Below are positions 1 to 12,778 of a stretch of DNA of 64,000 nt, piece by piece. Position numbers and translations under genes: made by a program. How positions within the stretch are numbered: the stretch's first letter is position 1; each line of letters opens with the position of its first letter. Origin of the DNA: Takakia lepidozioides (lineage: Eukaryota; Plantae; Bryophyta); contig CM060732.1 in NCBI GenBank assembly GCA_030704615.1, positions 77,810,001 to 77,874,000 of the forward strand, read 5' to 3'. The notes beneath the pieces were generated by a model that saw only the letters and a list, made by a program, of their open reading frames with translations, was not told the DNA's origin and did no database searches.

Positions 1-210
1 GCTGCAAAAGTGTGCCTGGTTGTCATCGCCCCTTTCCTGGTCATTGCGCCTATCCTCATCTGGCTCTTCGACCACCACAAAGTAGTGGTGGTGATTCTCT
101 TGTATGTTGGGCACATAGTTGCCCAACACCTCTTCCACATGAAGGGCAGCAAGTACGTCTTCTACCTCCCCCTCAGGTGTATCCTCGTCCATTGATTCTG
201 GTCTGATCTC

Positions 211-1030
211 CTAGGCGTGCAGGTCTGGTGTCCCCAGCCCTGAGAAGCATTCTGCCGGCCCCATCTTTCCTGCCATGGCTTCTGGATTCAAAGGCCAGAT
301 CCCAGAGGTCTTGAATCCCTTGGCAATGTTGGTAGGGGTCAGTCCTTTTTTCAATGCAAGGGAGACCCATTGGGCCAGATCTTCTTTCAACGCACCTCTT
401 CCTTTATGTGCCATGGTCCAAACATCTCTATATTTCCTGAAGGCAGTCTTAAAGGGCTTGCCACATCAAGGGGCTGGAGTGCATGGGATGTGTGGGAAGG
501 AAGTGTAATGACATCAAGTCCTAGTGATCTTGCTTGCTTGACAATGTCTAGGGTGACGTGTGAGTTGTGACCATCCAGAATTAACAAATGTTTGTTTATG
601 ACGGTAATCTCATTGCCCATTGCCTTTGCTGATTCCAGAAAATATGATATCCACTTGTGAAACAATATTGCAGTCATCCATGCTTTTCTTTGCATTGCCA
701 TTGTTGCTCCAGATTCACATTTGTGAATGTAATTGCGACGGAATCTTTTCCCTTTGAATATGTAGAAGTTTGGGATGTAACTTCCTGCAGCATTCATGCA
801 GGTGAGGACGCTTAGCCACTCCCTCTGATCTGGTGTTATAGAATGAACAGATCTGGATCCGGTCTTGGCCAGCACAACAACACCTCCGTTTCGCCCAGCT
901 CGGGCCCCGGACTTGTCACAATTCCATATCCTTATTGGCCCATAGTTGTGCTTACATCAGTTTCAGGTTAGCATAGAACGTCTTTACGTTCTCTGGACAT
1001 AATCCCTTGGCCCTCCCAGTCTCTAGTCTT
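211..1030 (-). pseudogene. pogo/Tc1-mariner (CENP-B-like, DDE_1) transposase relic, frameshifted, 5' part cut off by LTR insertion
   Basis: ORF 387-875: REWLSVLTCMNAAG..IPNFYIFKGK, AWMT, LLILDGHNSH, LPSHTSHALQPLDV. It continues in another frame (211-414) as NIAKGFKTSGIWPLN. The upstream WNCD-like motif lies near 900-930. Confidence 0.85.
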
Positions 1031-1032
1031 TG

Positions 1033-1754
1033 TGTTGCGCACCTCACTTCGGTAAGCTCTCCTTCAAGTCATAGTTACTCGCTTTGATGCGTGCGCCTAA
1101 CTCCCTAACTGGCCGTCGGGCCAACTCGGAGCTTCGGTTGCTCACCGGGACATAACGGTCCCCCTTTACTCCTCCACAAGACCCTCTCCCAATTTGGGCC
1201 TAGTGGAAATTCCCTTTGGTCGATGGCAGTCCGGAATAGCTCCCCACACCTTGGTCGTTTTCCGGCTCGCACGCTTACTCACTAGTTTTTGGTCACCAAC
1301 GGGCTTGCACCGTTCTCGGGGTTACTACTCCCTATATATACTTCTGTGACTGTCCGCGGGGGTTTCACAAACAACCATGCCATTTTATGGCAAACCACCA
1401 CGAAAACCCTCGATTCCCGGTGATGAGTCGCGGTGAGTCTTGGCCCACCCACCACGGTCCCATTGGACCGTGATGAGTCCCAAGACTCCCCACGACTCCC
1501 ACCACAAGGTCTCCGCCCCCATGGTGAGTCCTATGCCACCCCCACTAAGTCCCCTAAGCTAACACCACCCCTCGTGGAACCACCCCCACCGCAATCCGGT
1601 GTGCGGGGCTCCACCTAGTGAGCGCCTTTGTCTTGAGTGCCTTGGGCACTCAAAGGTGCTTCAGCCCCCGCATCTATTGTCGCCACTACCCCCACCACAG
1701 GGGCAGCCCCTCTCGTGTCCCGACCCCCTGCCCTCAAGGCAAAGGGCTGTGACA
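1033..1754 (-). repeat. 3' LTR of chromovirus (~722 bp, TG...CA)
   Basis: Starts TGTTGCGCACC and ends TGTGACA; purine tract GGTAGGGGTGTG (minus strand) adjoins at 1755-1766; matches the copies at 7280 and 63286. Confidence 0.85.
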
Positions 1755-2698
1755 CACACCCCTACCAACAGGGAGTCGATGTCCTCATCGACTTGTCTAT
1801 TTTGTAGAAACGAACATCCCAGTTGTGGCGTCCCACATCAAGGAGTTTGTTTCCGCACCATGGCGTCCCATGGCTAAGAACCAAACTCCCACTTGACTCT
1901 ACTCTCCACTAGCTAGTTCGGCTGACTTCCTCCAAGTCCCGGCCAAGGGTGGAGCCTCTCAAGCTCTTCCCAGTGCACTCTTCTTGGCCCACTTCAAGGC
2001 CAAGGAACGATCCTCCCCGAGGATCCAATCGCCTTACTGCAACAACATTTGCTTGCGACCGCTCGTGATGCCACTTTTTTGGCATCACCTTGAGCAATGG
2101 TTCACCTTGAACCCTTTTTGACTAGGAAGATAACCTTCAACCAACCATGCGCCCCAATCACTACAATTGGGTCCGCCTTGGAATGTTGGCCTGAGGTACG
2201 GGAACACGCCGAAGCCGCACTATGACTTCGTCCCGAGACTACACGATTATAGTACGTGAACGGAAGCATGTAGCTTCCGCGTTAGCCCGCACTACAAGGC
2301 AACCCCCTCTGTAGCGCAGTTATAGTACGCGCACGCGCCAGGTGCACACTAGCACGTGAACTCCCAAAGAAGGCGCAAGTTTCCTTGCCCCTTGGGTGGG
2401 AGTCACCCAATTTCGGCACTGCGCAAACACACGATTACCCAATTTACCTCTCCCACTTTTGTAAGCTAGCATGCATTCTACACACTAGCCAACCATACCA
2501 TGCATCACCATTCGAAACAAAATAGGACGCACAACATTTGGAAACCATTTCATTTATAACAAAATTTGTACAATACAAGTTTTTGCAATCGGATTCCTGA
2601 GCTAGCTAAGCCGGGCTAAGCATGCATTTCCTCCCCCACGCTCCAAGGTTGATGTCCCCATCAACGCTTCTTCCGCTTTTGAGGTCGCCCTTCGAAAG

Positions 2699-3220
2699 CT
2701 ACAACCACCTCGAATGCGTTCCCATTTCTGAGGCACGCACCCAAGATGCCTCCACATGATGATAGCCCTTCCATTTCACGAGATACTCCGTTTCTCGATT
2801 CTTGAACCTCCTCGACTTAAGCACTGCCTCCACCTCATACTCAAGTTCATTTTCATGATCCAACAGCACAGGTGGCGGACGCAACACTTGATGTCAATTC
2901 GGACACGCTTCATCTTTAAAGTAAGGCTTCAAAAGGGAGACGTGGAATACCGAATGCACCTTGCTGTTTTCCGGCAGCTCCAATTCATACACATCCTCAT
3001 TCATAACCTTCCGGATGCGAAAGGGTCCCGCATACGGAGGTATGAACTTCGGACTCACTTCCGGAGGTAGTCGAAAATTCTTGATGTTCAACCAGACCTC
3101 CGTGCCTGCCTCAAACTTAACCTCCCTCCGCTTCCAATTCGCCTGCCGTTCATACCGTTTCCTAGCTTTGGCAATGTTGTACTTTGCGAGCTTCAACAAA
3201 CGCTCGCGTTCTTCCAGCAC
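2699..3220 (-). pseudogene. Integrase C-terminus (GPF motif) and chromodomain
   Basis: PYAGPFRI...VHSVFHVSLLK, then EYEVEAVLKSRRFKNRETEYLVKWKGYHHVEASW. Confidence 0.9.
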
Positions 3221-3370
3221 TGCCGTTGCTGCCGGTTCCTCAACGTCTTGGGCGGCCTAACTTGTCGGCACCAGAGGTGCTTTTCCATAAACCAATACAA
3301 AGGGGGAAACTCCTGTTGCGGAATGTTTTGTGTTATTATAACAGAACTCTGCCGCATCTAAGTGCTCCAC

Positions 3371-6100
3371 TCAGTCCGATTGGTCTGCCAACACGTAATT
3401 TCGCAAGATCTGCTTCACCACGGAATTCACCATTTTCATTTGGCCGTCCATCGTAGGTCGGAAGGCGGTGCTCATCTTGAGCCTCGTCCTCATCTTCTTC
3501 CAAAGTGCCCTCCAAAATTTACTCGTAAACTTTGGATCGCGGTCCGAGACAATATTCTTCGGGAGTCCATGATGTTTGAAGACGTGGGCGAAGTAAAGTC
3601 GGCCCGTCTCCTGTGCCGTTGTCGTCTCCTTGGTGGGGATGAAATGGCCCATTTTACTGAACCTATCCACCACCACCATGATTGCATCGAATCCTTTTGA
3701 CAGCGGCATAGCAGTCATGAAATCCATCGAGACACTTTCCCAAGACCCTTCTGGGATCGGCAAGGGTTGTAACAGCCCCGCTTGCTTTTTGTATTCGCTC
3801 CGGTTTTGTTGGCATGTGGTGCATGTCTTGACATACTCCTCGGCCTCCTCCCTCAGTTTGGGCCAGAAATACTCTTTCTTCAAGAGTGCCGCGGTGCGTT
3901 TGGCTTCGCCGTGGCCCGCAAGCGGACCATCATGACATTCTCTTAAGAGACTATCTATGATCCCTCCCTTCGGCACGTAGAGACGTTTTTGCTTGTACCG
4001 GAGCAGTCCATTTTGCAAGTAGAACTGCAATTTAACCCCCATCCTCAAGTCTCGCATCACGGACTTCGCAATCTCATCCTTCCGGTAAGCCTTCCGGATC
4101 TTCCTTTGGAGCGCCGTCTCGCCCCTATACACCATCATGAGCTGCTGCTTTCTACTTAAAGCATCGGCCACCACATTGTCCCGTCCCGGTTTGTACTGGA
4201 TATCCACGTCGAACAATGCCAAAGTGTCTAGCCACCTAATTTGTTTTTGGGACAACTTAGGCTGCGTGGCAAAATACTTCACCGTGACATTGTCCGTGAA
4301 CACCTTCACCGGGTTGGAACCAATATAGTGGCGCCAAAGCTCAAGGCAATGGACCACCGCCTTCATTTCTTTCTCGTGCGTAGGCCACTATCGCTCCACT
4401 TCATTCAGTTTCTTACTTTCGTAAGCCATTGCACGTCCATCCTGCATGAGTACACCCCCAATTGCGAAGTCCGACGCATCTATATGGATCTCAAATGGAC
4501 GGTCGAACTCCGGAATTTTGAGGACTGGAGCTTCCGCCATCCGCTGCTTCAACTCGGCAAAAGCATGGCCACAAAAGGTGTTCCATATCCAGACTTTGGA
4601 TTTACACAGGAGATTTGACAGCGACCCCGCGATCTTGGCGAAATTTCTCACATACTTCCGGTAATAAGAGGCAAGTCCTAGGAAGGATCGCACTTCCGGG
4701 ACCGAAGTTGGAGGCTCACAGTCCAAAATCGCCCTCACCTTTCTGTCATCCATTTTGATCCCATCCTGTGTAATCACATGCCCCAGGAACTCCACTTTCG
4801 TAACCCCGAATTCGCACTTTGAGGCTTTGGCATACAGCTTCCCTTCCCGCAATTTCTAGAACACCCTTTTTAGTTGCTCCAGGTGCTCTTCCTTTGTTTT
4901 CGAGTACACCAAGATGTCGTCGATGTACACGATCACAAAGTCAAACAACCACTCATGAAAAAGGCTGTTCATTAGCGTGCTAAAGGTCGCGGGTGCGTTG
5001 GTGAGCCCAAAAGGCTTCACCAAGAACTCATATGAACCATACCTTGTCTTGCACGCGGTCTTCTCCTCGTCTCCTTCCGCCACTCAAATTTGATGGTAGC
5101 CGGAGCGCAAATCGATCCGGCTGAAATACTTCGCTCCTGCCAACCGATCAAAGAGGTCGTCGATCCTTGGCAAAGGGTACCGGTTTTTTATAGTCACCTT
5201 ATTTAGAGCCCTGTAATCGACACACATCCGCTGCGTCCCATCCTTCTTGTCTGCGAATAGCACCGGGGCTCCATAAGGTGACTTACTCGGCCGGATGTAC
5301 CCCTTTGACATTAGATCCTTGAGCTAAGTCTTCAGCTCGACCAACTCTCTGTGGCTCAACCGGTAGGGTGCCTTGGCAGGCGGCTCCGATCCCGGTATCA
5401 CCTCAATCTTGTGGTCAACTCCTCTTCGCGGTGGCAAGCCGCTTGGTAAATCCTCCGGCATCACATCCTGGTATTTCTCCAAAATCCCCTTGATCCAATC
5501 TGGGCTCGGCTCCCCATCGCCTTCTCCCTTCACTTGTCTTACATAAAGCAAAAACTGGGGCTCGTGTGATTCCTCCACGGCCCACTCCCTTGCTGACAGA
5601 AGGTTTATTCGCCCTCCTACGGGGTTGGGCGTTTCCGACACTCGTAAAACTTTGCCACCATGCTCACACGGTAGCGTGATTACCCTCTTGCGGCCATCTA
5701 TGACCGCTCCGGATCTGCTCAGAAATGTCATCCCCAAAATGAGATCCACTCCATCGATCTCGCAAAATGGTGAAGTTCTCACGTCCCTCCCAACTCCCGA
5801 GTTGAAGAGAAACATCGAACGCCAACCTCGTCGCCAATTGTGGTTCTCCTTTTGCAGAACACACCTCAATAGAGGCCCCCACATCACTTGTCGGGAGTCC
5901 CAGCTTCCGTGTCGTTGCCGGTGTCATGAAGGAGTGCGACGCTCCTGTGTCCACCAACAACGACACATTAGTTCCGGAGATTATCCCACTCACAAACATT
6001 AACTGACTCCCTTTTCGCAAGGCGCCAGTTTCTTGATACAACTCACAAGGGTAGTTGCCTACATTGCAAGTCTTGGCGACCACCACCTCCACCAAGCGGC
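3371..6100 (-). pseudogene. pol: protease, RT, RNase H, integrase (nonsense codons and frameshifts)
   Basis: LLVDTGASHSF; [20 protein letters not shown]; YIDDILVYS; DASDFAIGGVL; HDGPLAGH..CTTC; SMDF; SDRDPKF. Confidence 0.95.
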
Positions 6101-7224
6101 TGATGGAAGCTTCGGACAACTCCGTGGTTGCCCGAGTCCTATTCAATTGTTGGGGATTCGTGCACTTCTTGGCCATGTGCCCGGACTCCCCACAATTGAA
6201 GCACACTCCATTGAAGGTCGCCTTTTGTCCGCCATAAGGCGTTCGCACCTGATTTTCCTTTCGGAGCACCGAGTGTCGTCTTGTCGTGTGAAGGCCCTCC
6301 CTTTGATTTCCAAGTGCCATTGTCGTCGCGTGGCCTATCCCACTTCTTTTCCGGTCGAAAGGAGTCACCCTCCCGCCGGGTCTTCTTGTGGTTCAGCTCC
6401 GTACGGCCTTGTCTTTCGCCCCTAGGGACATCCGAGAAATATTCAGCCCTCTCAATTGCCTCGTTCAAAGTCTTAGGTGGCTTCTCCTCCAACTTTCGTC
6501 TGGCCCACGGGGCCAGTCCCGCCACGAAGTTGAAGACCATTTCTGGTTCTGCCTAGTCCGCGACTTCGAGCAACAACACATTGAAAGCTTGAACATATCC
6601 CCGAATGTCATCCGTTTGCTTCAGATTCCTCATTTTGTCCCGGGCAAGCCAGGACGCGTTGAGGGGCACAAACTGTCTCTTCATCAGTTCCTTGAACCCA
6701 CTCCAGTTCAAGGTTTCCGGGTTTGGACCTCGGTTGTGAAGGCGTTTCTGCCACCATTGTTGAGCATAGCCCCTCAAATAGGTGGGAGCCACTTCCACCC
6801 GATCCTCATCACTCAACTTGGCCGCCCGGAAGTACTGCTCTAGCTCCAAGAGCCAGGTGTTGAGTGCCTTCCGATTTCGGACGCCCTCGAAGGTGTCGGG
6901 TTCCTTAGGCTTCACCTTAAATTTTGCCTTAGTGGGAGTGACATTAGCCGCCTTCAACATGTCTTTCAACGTCCCGCCAAACTGCGCCAACAACCCTTCC
7001 CAAAAGGCTGCTGGCATGGGATGCATCTGTTGGTCTATCGGAGCTCTCAGAGATTCCTCGGGCTCTGACTCCTCAGATTCCTCCCGTTCTTGAGTGCCCT
7101 CATTTTCAAAAGCACGCATCGCTTCCTCAAATGGCCGCTTTGGTGACACGTCGCCCCCATCAGGCTCACCGGGATCATCATCTTTCGGGCCGTTCCGCTT
7201 TCGCTTTGGCTTGCCCGACCCCAT
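6100..7224 (-). pseudogene. gag with CCHC zinc knuckle
   Basis: KPKEPDTFEG..WLLELEQYF..YLRGYAQQWW..LKQTDDIRGYVQAF; knuckle CFNCGESGHMAKKC in the shifted frame. Confidence 0.9.
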
Positions 7225-7265
7225 GATGAGGCCGATCCCAAGGACGATCACGTACTGAACTCTAA

Positions 7266-7277
7266 GCTCTGATACCA
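7266..7277 (-). promoter_or_regulatory. Primer binding site, tRNA-iMet
   Basis: Minus strand TGGTATCAGAGC, 2 nt after the LTR-terminal CA. Confidence 0.95.
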
Positions 7278-7279
7278 AG

Positions 7280-7836
7280 TGTCGCGCACCTCACTTCGGT
7301 AAGCTCCCCTTCAAGTCATAGTTACTTGCTTTGATGCGCGCGCCTAACTCCCTAACTGGCCGCCGGGCCAACTCGGAGCTTTGGCTGCTCACCGGGACAT
7401 AACGGTCCCCCTTTACTCCTCCACAAGACCCTCTCCCAATTTGGGCTTAGTTGAAATTCCCTTTGGTCGATGGCAGTCCAGAATAGCTCCCCACACCTTG
7501 GTCGCTTTCCGGCTCGCACGCTTACTCACTAGTTTTTTATCACCAACGGGCTTGCACCGTTCTCGGGGTTACTACTCCCTATATATACTTCTGTGACTGT
7601 CCGCGGGGGTTTCACAAACAACCATGCCATTTTATGGCGAACCACCACGAAAACCCTCGATTCCCGGTGATGAGTCGCGGTGAGTCTTGGCCCACCCACC
7701 ACGGTCCCATTGGACCGTGATGAGTCCCAAGACTCCCCACGACTCCCACCACAAGGTCTCCGCCCCCATGGTGAGTCCTATGCCACCCCCACTAAGTCCC
7801 ACTAAGCTAACACCACCCCTCGTGGAACCACCCCAC
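7280..7836 (-). repeat. 5' LTR of chromovirus, U3 end lost
   Basis: Near-identical to 1033-1590; similarity stops abruptly after GGAACCACCCCAC. Confidence 0.9.
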
Positions 7837-10800
7837 GAGAATGTGGTCTGGTGGTCTTTCTTGGATGTTCCTGCATTTGATAAGGTTGAGCCATTTGGAG
7901 TTAGGATGTGACAAAATAAGTTTTAGAAGTTGTCGGACTATTTAATTATGTTGGGTTAAGTTACACCAAGTCCATGGATTATGGGGTTGTTGCAGTGGAG
8001 AAGAAGGTGCGGCCCAATGTTTTGGGGCTGGACTGGACATGGCATTTTGTACAATGTTTCTTTTTATGGTACAATAAGGCCAGACTAAGTTTCGCCTTTG
8101 GTTATCCATGTACCTCGTATTATGACTTGAAGGATATAATGTTTTATAAATGAACTTTATGGCTGCCCCATTTGCGGAAGATATTGAGCTCTTGGTGGGG
8201 CATGCGCTAGGACCATGGTGGGCCCACACACATGGCCGTTGGTGCGAAATATAGTTAGTTAGAGCATCTCCACGGTGCCACGGCACTTGCCCAAAAACGG
8301 CAATCTAATGGCGCGGGGTCACGGAGCTTGCTCCAGAGGTTGGATACCAACCCCCCTTGCTCCACAGTTGGCTTAGGCCGGTAGAATTGCTGCTGGCCCC
8401 GCCTTAAATCTGCCGCCCAGCATTTTGGCCAAGCATACCGGGACCCTGCCAACAAATGTACATAGATTTTTAGTCCTTCCGATATGGTGTCAGGAGATAT
8501 TGGCTTCGCTTCTTCCATGGCGGGAGAGGCTTCTTCCATGGCGGAAGCGGGAAATCCAGATATTGTTTCACTCAAGCTACGAGAGCCCCACATATGAGAG
8601 CCCCACATACTGTTTCGGTTCAAGCTGCGATCAACATTCAAGCTGCGATCACAGGCTGTTCCCTGTTCCGATCAATATTCCCTTTCTTGCTAGGAAGAGA
8701 TCCACCGTGCTTCTGTCTTTGTCTCAGATGGTGTTGATCCTCAACCATCAATGCATAAAAACACCTCTTCCTCTTCTTCATCTTCAAGCTGTGCCCTCAA
8801 CCAGTCATCACCTGCGCTCTCCAAAGATCCATTTCAATGCTCAAGAAACTGTGATCGAGCTTGCCAAGTTGTGATCGGCGCTATCTGTGCCAAGTCTTCT
8901 ACCGTCCCAACCATGGAGTACCAACCAAACCGTCCCTGCAAAAATTACCATCGCCCCTATAACCAGGGCATATAGCGTTTGACGTGGCGTGCTCACCGTA
9001 AGTATGACGCCTCTCAAAGGGAGCGTAACTTGTGGTGTCTCTTCCACAAGGGCTATTGCCTTCCAGCTGAAAGGTGGACACCTTCGATGCTCTTACTACT
9101 CTTTAGCTACTATAGTTAGTTACTACTTTAGCTACTTCTCTTTAGCTACCAATAGTTAGTGACACTTCACACCACCTTCTTTTTTTTCATTTCTACATAG
9201 GCGTGGAGGTGGCTACAAACTGCCGGGGATAAGTGGAGAGGTGGTGACTATTAGAATGTCCACCTGGATCCTACTTGGCTACATATTTGCTAAGCTACTT
9301 TATAATATGGCGATCTTTTCATAGCATGTATATACTGCACGGGCGACACATTTAGAAATGGGGCATAAATAGGTGGCTCCATAGCGCATGTATTGTTGAA
9401 AATTGGCAATGATGAAAATTCCAAGATAGCATTTCAGGCACCATAGCCCAATGGGGGATGGGGCGCGGTTGCGACGGTCTGCCCCTCCAGCCCGCCAAAC
9501 CCTGGTGATTGAACGGCCCTCACAAGTGCAACTAGCAAGAACGTGGAGGTTTTTGATGTGATGGTGCGCCGACCGTTGGATTTAAGAACAAGGGAACTCA
9601 CTTCTTGGGCGAAAAGGGCTAGTTCCCATGGTGTTTTTTGACACCACCCGTGTAGGAACATTTTTTGGTTTTTTTTTTCCAGGCCCTTGTATTTTACAGA
9701 GGGGTGTCGCAACCCCCTTTTTTTTTTGTGCTTTTAGACTGAATATCGCCTAAAAAGGTAGGGCTGCCTCACCTCTTGCCATAGGTAGTCGCCAAGAATA
9801 ATTGGAGATCCTATTGGTAGGAAAACTCTTGACATTTGTAAGGACAATTGTAAAGATGAGCTCGGGGCAGAGCCGAACACACTCTGAAGACAAGACAATG
9901 GCTTCTATAATTGGGAGGAGAGCTCCAATATTTCACCTTTAATATGTATGAATATGTGTCATACTCAAACATTAATATAATATCATAGCAAATGAGTAGA
10001 TCTGAGAGTTGTGAGTTCATTGAGTATATATATATGCATAAAACTTGTTGACAAAGGAATACTCTGTCATGACAACATCTCCTCCATCTACTTTTGGCCA
10101 CGGTTCTAACATTAGCACGCTAGACACCATAATTGGGGATAGATTAGATAAAACATTAAAGTACTGCCGTACATAGAAGTTTGGAATGGAGATGATTTTG
10201 CTAGATAAGGACTCGTGGTCGGTGGTAGATGGGACATAAGTTAGACCAGCCATTGGCAATAATCAAGTATCATGGGATATGAAGGATTTGATATTTAAAG
10301 CCAAAACTAACATTATTACTAAGCTACAAAATAATCAAACCACATGGTAACAAATGCTAAAACATCAAAAGGGAATATGAAAAACATTGCAACAATGTTT
10401 TTAAGAAAAAACATCTAAACCTCTAACACGTATGCAACATCCCGCTTTTATAGTCTGAAGGTGATTGAGAAAGAAACTACATAACAACATTTAATATTAT
10501 AAGGAAACAGCTAGAAGCTATATGAAGTACAGTTAAAGATGAGCATGCAGCAGTAGTGTTGTTATTAACATTAATTGGGTCGTATGATAGATTTGTAGTA
10601 TTTCTAACAAGACAGAGCAATCTAATAATAGATCATGATCATGAGGTAATGAACTTCTACTAAAGAAACAGATAACACCATTTTAAGTAAATATGGACAA
10701 AAGGATGAAATCTGGACATATGTTAAATAATTGTAAATAATTAATAAATATGGAGAAAAAAAACTATATTCAGTATTAACAATGCATTAAAGCTTACAAT

Positions 10801-10909
10801 TTTGGATTTTCCCAGATTGGTCCGAAAAGTAGCATCGTCTTTTGCAAAATAAATGACAAGCAAGACACATATGTTGAATTTGAAGAGAATCTGATCGCTC
10901 GTGAGTATA

Positions 10910-12685
10910 TTCACGGAGGGGAGATCTCTCGTGCAGTCGATAGGTAGTTTCTCGCATCTTATGTGAAACGAATAATGCGATTACAACATGTCGACAACCA
11001 GCATGTAGCCCAGTGGTAATGGGCACATACCACGTTGGATGTGGTTGTGGGTTCAAACCATGGTCTGGTGTGTCATGAAGGTGTCCACCTTCCTAGCGGA
11101 AGGCAGTAGCCCTTGGGGGTGAAGTGACTCCATAAGATACGCTTCCTTCGGGAGGAGTCATTTTTTTTTTTCCTTTTTTTTCTTTTTTTTACGACATGAC
11201 AATGGTGAGAGAAGATGAGAGGAGCTTTCCCGTGAAAACGTAACAAATGCATGTCAATATCATATAGGAAACAAAGTAAGAGCTTTAAAACCACAATGGG
11301 TCGTGACTCAAAATTATTGGTAGAAACATTGGAATAATGTTTTTGAATTATAGAAACTTAAGGGATAGAAAAATCTTTGTCACATTGAGGACAAGAAAAA
11401 ACAAACGAAATGCATTGAACCAACAAATACAAGGTCAGATATCATGTCAAATACAATTTCAATTACAATGTCAGCTTGCTACAGGTGCTTTGAGACCTCC
11501 CCCTACTAGGGGAGATCTCCCGTGCTCAATACGAGAAGCGTCGAGCCGTCAAATCAAAAGAAAATAAGATCTAAAAACATTCACATGAACTGGTCATCTA
11601 GAAATTAAAACTGTAAGGTAAGACAATAGTTATTTGTCACCCTCTGAATATCAAATAAGAATCCATGAAATGCCGAACAGACGTCGAGACATGAAGGGGA
11701 GACCTCCCATGCTACAACTGAAATCAATAGCACAATTGTGAAAACACAATTTAGAACGTCGGCGTCATAAGGCACCACCGTTAAAATCGGAGTAGTGAAC
11801 GACATTGCGCAAGGGAAGATATGAAGGTTTTGGGCCAGACAAAATCCTCATCATCTTCACAAAATGAAAATATTTGCGAATCCTTACTATATTCGACAAT
11901 GAGCTCTAAGAAAAATATAATAATCATGATCGGAAATAGTCAAGTCACTGTAGCATGGGACATCTCCCGAGCACTATGTGTAAGGGAGAAAACCATCAAC
12001 CACCATGGGAAATCGGCAGTCCGACATACGAAATGCGTGGAACCGTCAGACGGAAACAAATAAAAATGTACAACCATTGGCCATTCAAACATTCAAAATT
12101 TTGGAGATCAGAACAAAAGCTATTTGTCCACAAATAAAAAATAAATCTAGTAAATAATATTAAAAAAACAACCTGACATACCACGGGAGACCTCCCGTGT
12201 TGTACCTGAAAATCAGTAACAACATCGCGAGGATACAGTTTACAAAGTCAGATTAAGAAGGGGCCACCGTTGAAATAGACACATAAACGTACATTCTGCT
12301 AGGGAAGAAAATATGATATTCGGACCCCGACATATCCTTATCAGTTAACGAACCAAACTAGGACTCAACGAGCGCTATGGTGAATGAGAATATTAATCAT
12401 GTCAGTCTGCAATAGTCAAGAATCTATAGCACGGGAGATCTCCCGTGCTATGTGCGCAAAATACAATCAACCAGAACTAAACTTTCACTGAGATGCAGAC
12501 AGTCAAGGTTCAAATCGCTAGGGATATAGATGTTCAGAAATTGAACATTTCAAATGGTCGACACAGAGAATTCAAGGTCAACTTCTGATTGTCAAAGGAG
12601 CTCCCACAAAATCCTGACAATCACCAGTAAGATCAACATTAACACATATTGTCGTAAAATTAGCACGGGAGATCTCCCGTGCACC
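10910..12685. repeat. Dispersed palindromic motif (TAG)CACGGGAGATCTCCCGTG(CTA), with a degenerate ~485-bp duplication
   Basis: Copies near 10915, 11509, 11696, 11952, 12182, 12426 (perfect 26-bp palindrome) and 12661; 11696-12110 resembles 12182-12560. Confidence 0.75.
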
Positions 12686-12778
12686 TCTGTGCACTGTGCT
12701 TAATTAGACTCACTTTATCGTTCGCAGCATATAGATTTGTTTTTGCTTTAACTGCTTCGGCTTTTCCAATACATCTAG

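Larger units (their letters stand above)
1033..7836 (-). mobile_element. Ty3/Gypsy chromovirus LTR retrotransposon, degenerate, 5' LTR truncated
   Basis: Direct repeats 1033-~1590 and 7280-~7836, iMet PBS, PPT, and domain order gag-PR-RT-RH-INT-chromodomain. Confidence 0.95.

Noticed and set aside
7840-10900. Short ORFs and micro-duplications
   Set aside because: No recognisable motifs; could not be assigned to the pogo element or to a host gene
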